A stretch of 64,000 nucleotides of DNA from Antechinus flavipes (Eukaryota), in the NCBI RefSeq assembly GCF_016432865.1, contig NC_067401.1, forward strand, positions 132,618,001 to 132,682,000, read 5' to 3'. Under the pieces are notes generated by a model. That model ran no database searches. It was not told the origin of the DNA and saw nothing but the letters and a program-made list of their open reading frames with translations. Shown here piece after piece: positions 60,701 to 64,000 of the stretch. The position numbers and the translations under genes are program-made. Each line of letters starts with the position of its first letter. The stretch's first letter is position 1.

Positions 60701-61106
60701 TGTAATGGGCTGAGGCTTGAGTTGATGCACTGAGGTCCCAAGTACATGAGGCTAAATAGTAATTGGACTATATTAATATATATGCTTGGAGAAAGAATGG
60801 CCCCCGCCCACTCTTTGTGCAAGTCCTGATGTGGTGTATAGGAAATGACAATTTTGGTGGGTGGAGGCAAGGGAGTGGAAAGGGAAGCGGAAGGAGAGAC
60901 TGCAGGCTGGCGTCTTGTCACAGCTGCTTGCATTGCTATTGCCACCGCCCTTCACCTCTGATCCCACTCTGCTAGCTGGCTTCCTATCACAGCTGCCTGT
61001 ATTGCTATCGCAATCCTTCTTCACCTCTACTGAGAATAAAGATTGAAGATTTTTCCCTTAACCTGAATTCCTGATTCTGGCTGATTTTAAATATGCGGTC
61101 ATCACA
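60701..61106 (+). mobile_element. Solo ERV LTR (406 bp) with 6-bp TSD ATTGAC
   Basis: TGTAATG...CATCACA; ATTGAC at 60695-60700 and 61107-61112; internal AATAAA; several CpGs retained. Confidence 0.9.
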
Positions 61107-61809
61107 ATTGACTACAGACTGAAGCATGGTATTTTTCACGTTGTTACTTTTTTTTTTTTTTTTTGCTTTTATTTTAGTCTTGTATACTTGTATAAAATGA
61201 CCGATACAGAAATTTTTTACATAATTGCATATGTATAACCTATATCTGATCGCTTATTGAGGAGAGAGGGGAGAGCTGGAAAGATGGCTAGAATTTGGAA
61301 CTCAAGACTTTAAATAAAACAGGTTAAAAAAATAAAGGCATTGTATTTAGAGTCGGGGACCTGGCTTCAAACTTTATAATTTACTCTTTGTGTGACCTTA
61401 GACAAGTCACTTCATTTCTATATCTGTGAAATGAAAGGTTTGATTAAATGATTTCTCAAGCTTTTTCATCTTTAAATCTAAACTATTCTCTTCCCTGTGT
61501 TTATATCTACAGAAAATTTAAGAGCAGAGAACCTATCAGTCCCCATAAGACTTTTGTGGGACATTTTCTTAAATTTTATCAGCCCATACCAGTAGGCAAC
61601 AAATACGTCATTTGGCAACATACTCAACAAGTAATCATTCAATAAAGGAGAAAGAAAAGGAAAAGGATACAGAGACAAAGTGACATAGAGGGACAGAAAT
61701 AGAGCAGCATTGTAAATGATAGTAAACCATTTATTTTATGTCCAATACTGTGATTCAAGTAAAAGAAGCAAGACTGTCTCTGCCCTCAAAAACTTACATT
61801 CCAGGGTTT

Positions 61810-62050
61810 TTTGTTGTTCTTGTTGTTGCTCAGTCATTTTTTCAGTCATGTCCATGTCTTTATATCCCCTTTGGAAGTTATGTCAATGCATTTCCTTCTC
61901 CAGCCTATTTTACAGATGAGGAAACTGAGGAAAACAGGGTTAAATGACTTGCTCAGAATCATGTAACTAGTAAGTGTCAGAGGTCGGATTTAAACAAAGT
62001 AAAATGAGTCTTTCTGATCCTAGATCTAATACGCTATTCACTGCACCATC
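61810..62050 (-). mobile_element. Mar1/MIR CORE-SINE
   Basis: GTTGCTCAGTCATTTT...TTTTACAGATGAGGAAACTGAGG...ACTAGTAAGTGTC. Confidence 0.7.
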
Positions 62051-62826
62051 TCCGTTCCCAGTACATTTTAGTAGGAAAAAGAAAATACATGAAGGTGAAG
62101 CTGAAAGGATGTTTGGGAATGGTGGTCAGAATATGAGAAGAATTCTAATTCTAGATAAAATTAGGGGAAAGCTCATCTACCGAAGCCCAGAGTGGTTTCA
62201 GGATGAGTGTCTAATGGTGGTAGTCTAAAGGGGACAACAGAGGGAGTACAGTTGGGACAGTTTGGTAGTTGTGGATGGGAAATGATGTGGAAAATTGGTT
62301 TCAAACAAAATCATTTAAAAATTCAACAGAAATAGGGTAGTTACAGAGACAGATTAAGACTCAGTATCTTATTTCCTTTTGAAGAGCTCAAAGGGTGAGA
62401 TTCCTAAGCAATCAACTTTAACCTTTAACTTTTTTTTTAATTTAATCTGCAGGAAATTTATGCTGTTGCCAGATATGTGTACTAGAATAGGGAAGAATAT
62501 ATATTTTAAGCGGCAAGATTCTAGAAACTTCTTCCCATCCTTGATGCATTGAGATGCGGAAATACATATAACTCACTTTGCAAATTTTAAAGTGCTACAT
62601 AAGTATTAGCTATTATTGTTGCTGATATTATTACATCCCTCAATAAGAAAAGCAAAACATGAGAATGATTCATCTTGGACATTTATTTTATTGAATGTTA
62701 TGATCTCATCAGACATAGATCATATTTAGAACCAAGAGGAAAAGACAAAAAGAAATTATTTGATGTCATAGATTTTGCTGATTTGTAACCTTAACCAATG
62801 GCCAATCATTGGTGATGAGGGCTATG

Positions 62827-63051
62827 ATGACAAGTCCCTTTGAAGATGAACTCTATAGGAAAATTTCCTGGACAATGAATTTGACTATTGCAAAGTAAAT
62901 ATGATTAACTTAATAGGACTCAGAAATCTTCATGGATAACTAAATACCAAATTAAATACCAAACACTTACAGAAAGGAGGTGACATAGACAGAAAATTGG
63001 ACAGGAAGTCTTTGTCCTGGGCCAACACCCACTGGGGGAAGAGTATATAAG
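62827..63051 (+). promoter_or_regulatory. KRTAP3-G promoter: LEF1/HK1-type CTTTGAAG, CACCC box, TATA
   Basis: CTTTGAAG 62838-62845 (the LEF1 motif described in hair keratin/KAP promoters); TGGGCCAACACCCACT 63018-63033; TATATAAG 63044. Confidence 0.72.
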
Positions 63052-63124
63052 AGAGAAGACATTCAAACCATCAAAATACCCATTTCTCTTTCCTACTAAG
63101 GCAGGAAAGCAAACTCCCAACATC

Positions 63125-63430
63125 ATGTCTTGCTACCACGACTGCTGCTGCAGTGTCCCCACTGGACCTGCCACCACCATCTGCTCTTCTGACAAGTGTT
63201 GCCGATGTGGAGTCTGCCTCCCTAGCACCTGCCCACATACCACTTGGCTGCTGGAGCCCACCTGCTGCGACTGCTGCCCACCTCCCTGCCACATCCCTCA
63301 GCCCTGTGTGCCCTCATGCTTCCTGCTCAATTGTGACCAGCCCAAACCTTGCCTGGAGAACCTGGACCTGACCACACACATCCAGCCTTGCCCTTGCCCC
63401 TGTGAGCCTTGTGCCCCACCATGCTGCTGA
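63125..63430 (+). CDS. KRTAP3: Keratin-associated protein, KRTAP3-2/3-3-like, copy G (101 aa)
   Basis: Intact ORF; KAP3 core plus the 3-2/3-3-type [29 protein letters not shown]; TATATAAG at 63044; AATAAA at 63741 and 63750. Confidence 0.93.
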   Translation: MSCYHDCCCSVPTGPATTICSSDKCCRCGVCLPSTCPHTTWLLEPTCCDCCPPPCHIPQPCVPSCFLLNCDQPKPCLENLDLTTHIQPCPCPCEPCAPPCC

Positions 63431-63740
63431 GAGGTTCCAGCCTAACTAGAGCTATATGATATCTATCCTATTTTGATCTGCTTCAGTAGCCACAACAAAT
63501 TTCATCAGATATTAGGATGGGGGGCAGATGTGGCAAAGAACACTTTTATCATTGATGGAAAGGAAAACAAATTGTTTCTTTTGGAAATTTAGAGGAATGT
63601 AAATGATAAGCTATTTCACTGGTTGGTTGTATCCAAATATTGTAATTCTTATGTTTTCTTTGTCAATTTGTTCCTTGGGTTGCCTTTCCTGTCCTGAATA
63701 CTTTTGAGAAGGCTATGGTTTCCTTATGAATTTTCCTTGC

Positions 63741-63755
63741 AATAAACAGAATAAA
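63741..63755 (+). terminator. Tandem polyadenylation signals, KRTAP3-G
   Basis: AATAAA at 63741 and 63750. Confidence 0.7.
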
Positions 63756-64000
63756 CTTGATTTCTCAAGTATTTATTTCAGAATTTTCTGTATTTTTTAT
63801 AAAGAAGAATTGGAAACAAGATAGTTCCCATTACCAGAGTGGCATAGGTTAAAATAATCAAATCCATCTAATATTCATTAAGCATCTACTAAGTACAAGG
63901 TTCTGTACTAGACTCTGGGACTACTAAAACAAGCCAAGAAATCAGGTCCTGCCCTTGAAGGTCTTACATTCTACTTGGAGAATAGGACAGAAACTCAGAT

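Noticed and set aside
1-64000. CRISPR arrays, rRNA, true tRNA genes or prokaryotic systems
   Set aside because: None seen; tRNA-like boxes belong to SINEs and the context is mammalian.

Overview
Marsupial genomic DNA, probably a dasyurid such as the Tasmanian devil. This is inferred from WSINE1-type SINEs, Mar1/MIR CORE-SINEs, marsupial L1/RTE and an OC1-like hAT element. The window covers part of the hair keratin-associated protein cluster that in human lies next to KRT39/KRT40 on 17q21.2. It holds eight intact single-exon genes, all on the + strand with TATA boxes and candidate AATAAA signals: one KRTAP2-like gene (2296-2751), four KRTAP1-family genes (10306-10770, 18149-18595, 32278-32724, 37373-37807) and three KRTAP3-family genes (50161-50475, 56695-57006, 63125-63430). 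The rest is repeat-rich intergenic DNA (L1, L2, CR1/L3, RTE, SINEs, solo LTRs, MITEs, microsatellites) with three N gaps. The most notable signals: (1) a TSD-bounded L1 3' transduction carrying about 645 bp of non-L1 DNA; (2) four short locally templated duplications, including an inverted copy of KRTAP2 promoter DNA inside an L1 and a perfect 56-bp palindrome; (3) a fixed-spacing AATCAG/GGAA/forkhead-AGCT/TATA module in all four otherwise divergent KRTAP1 promoters; (4) CDS-restricted, patchy gene conversion among KRTAP1 and KRTAP3 paralogs; (5) KAP protein architectures that differ from the eutherian ones as I recall them. Repeat family names and human comparisons come from memory and need database confirmation.
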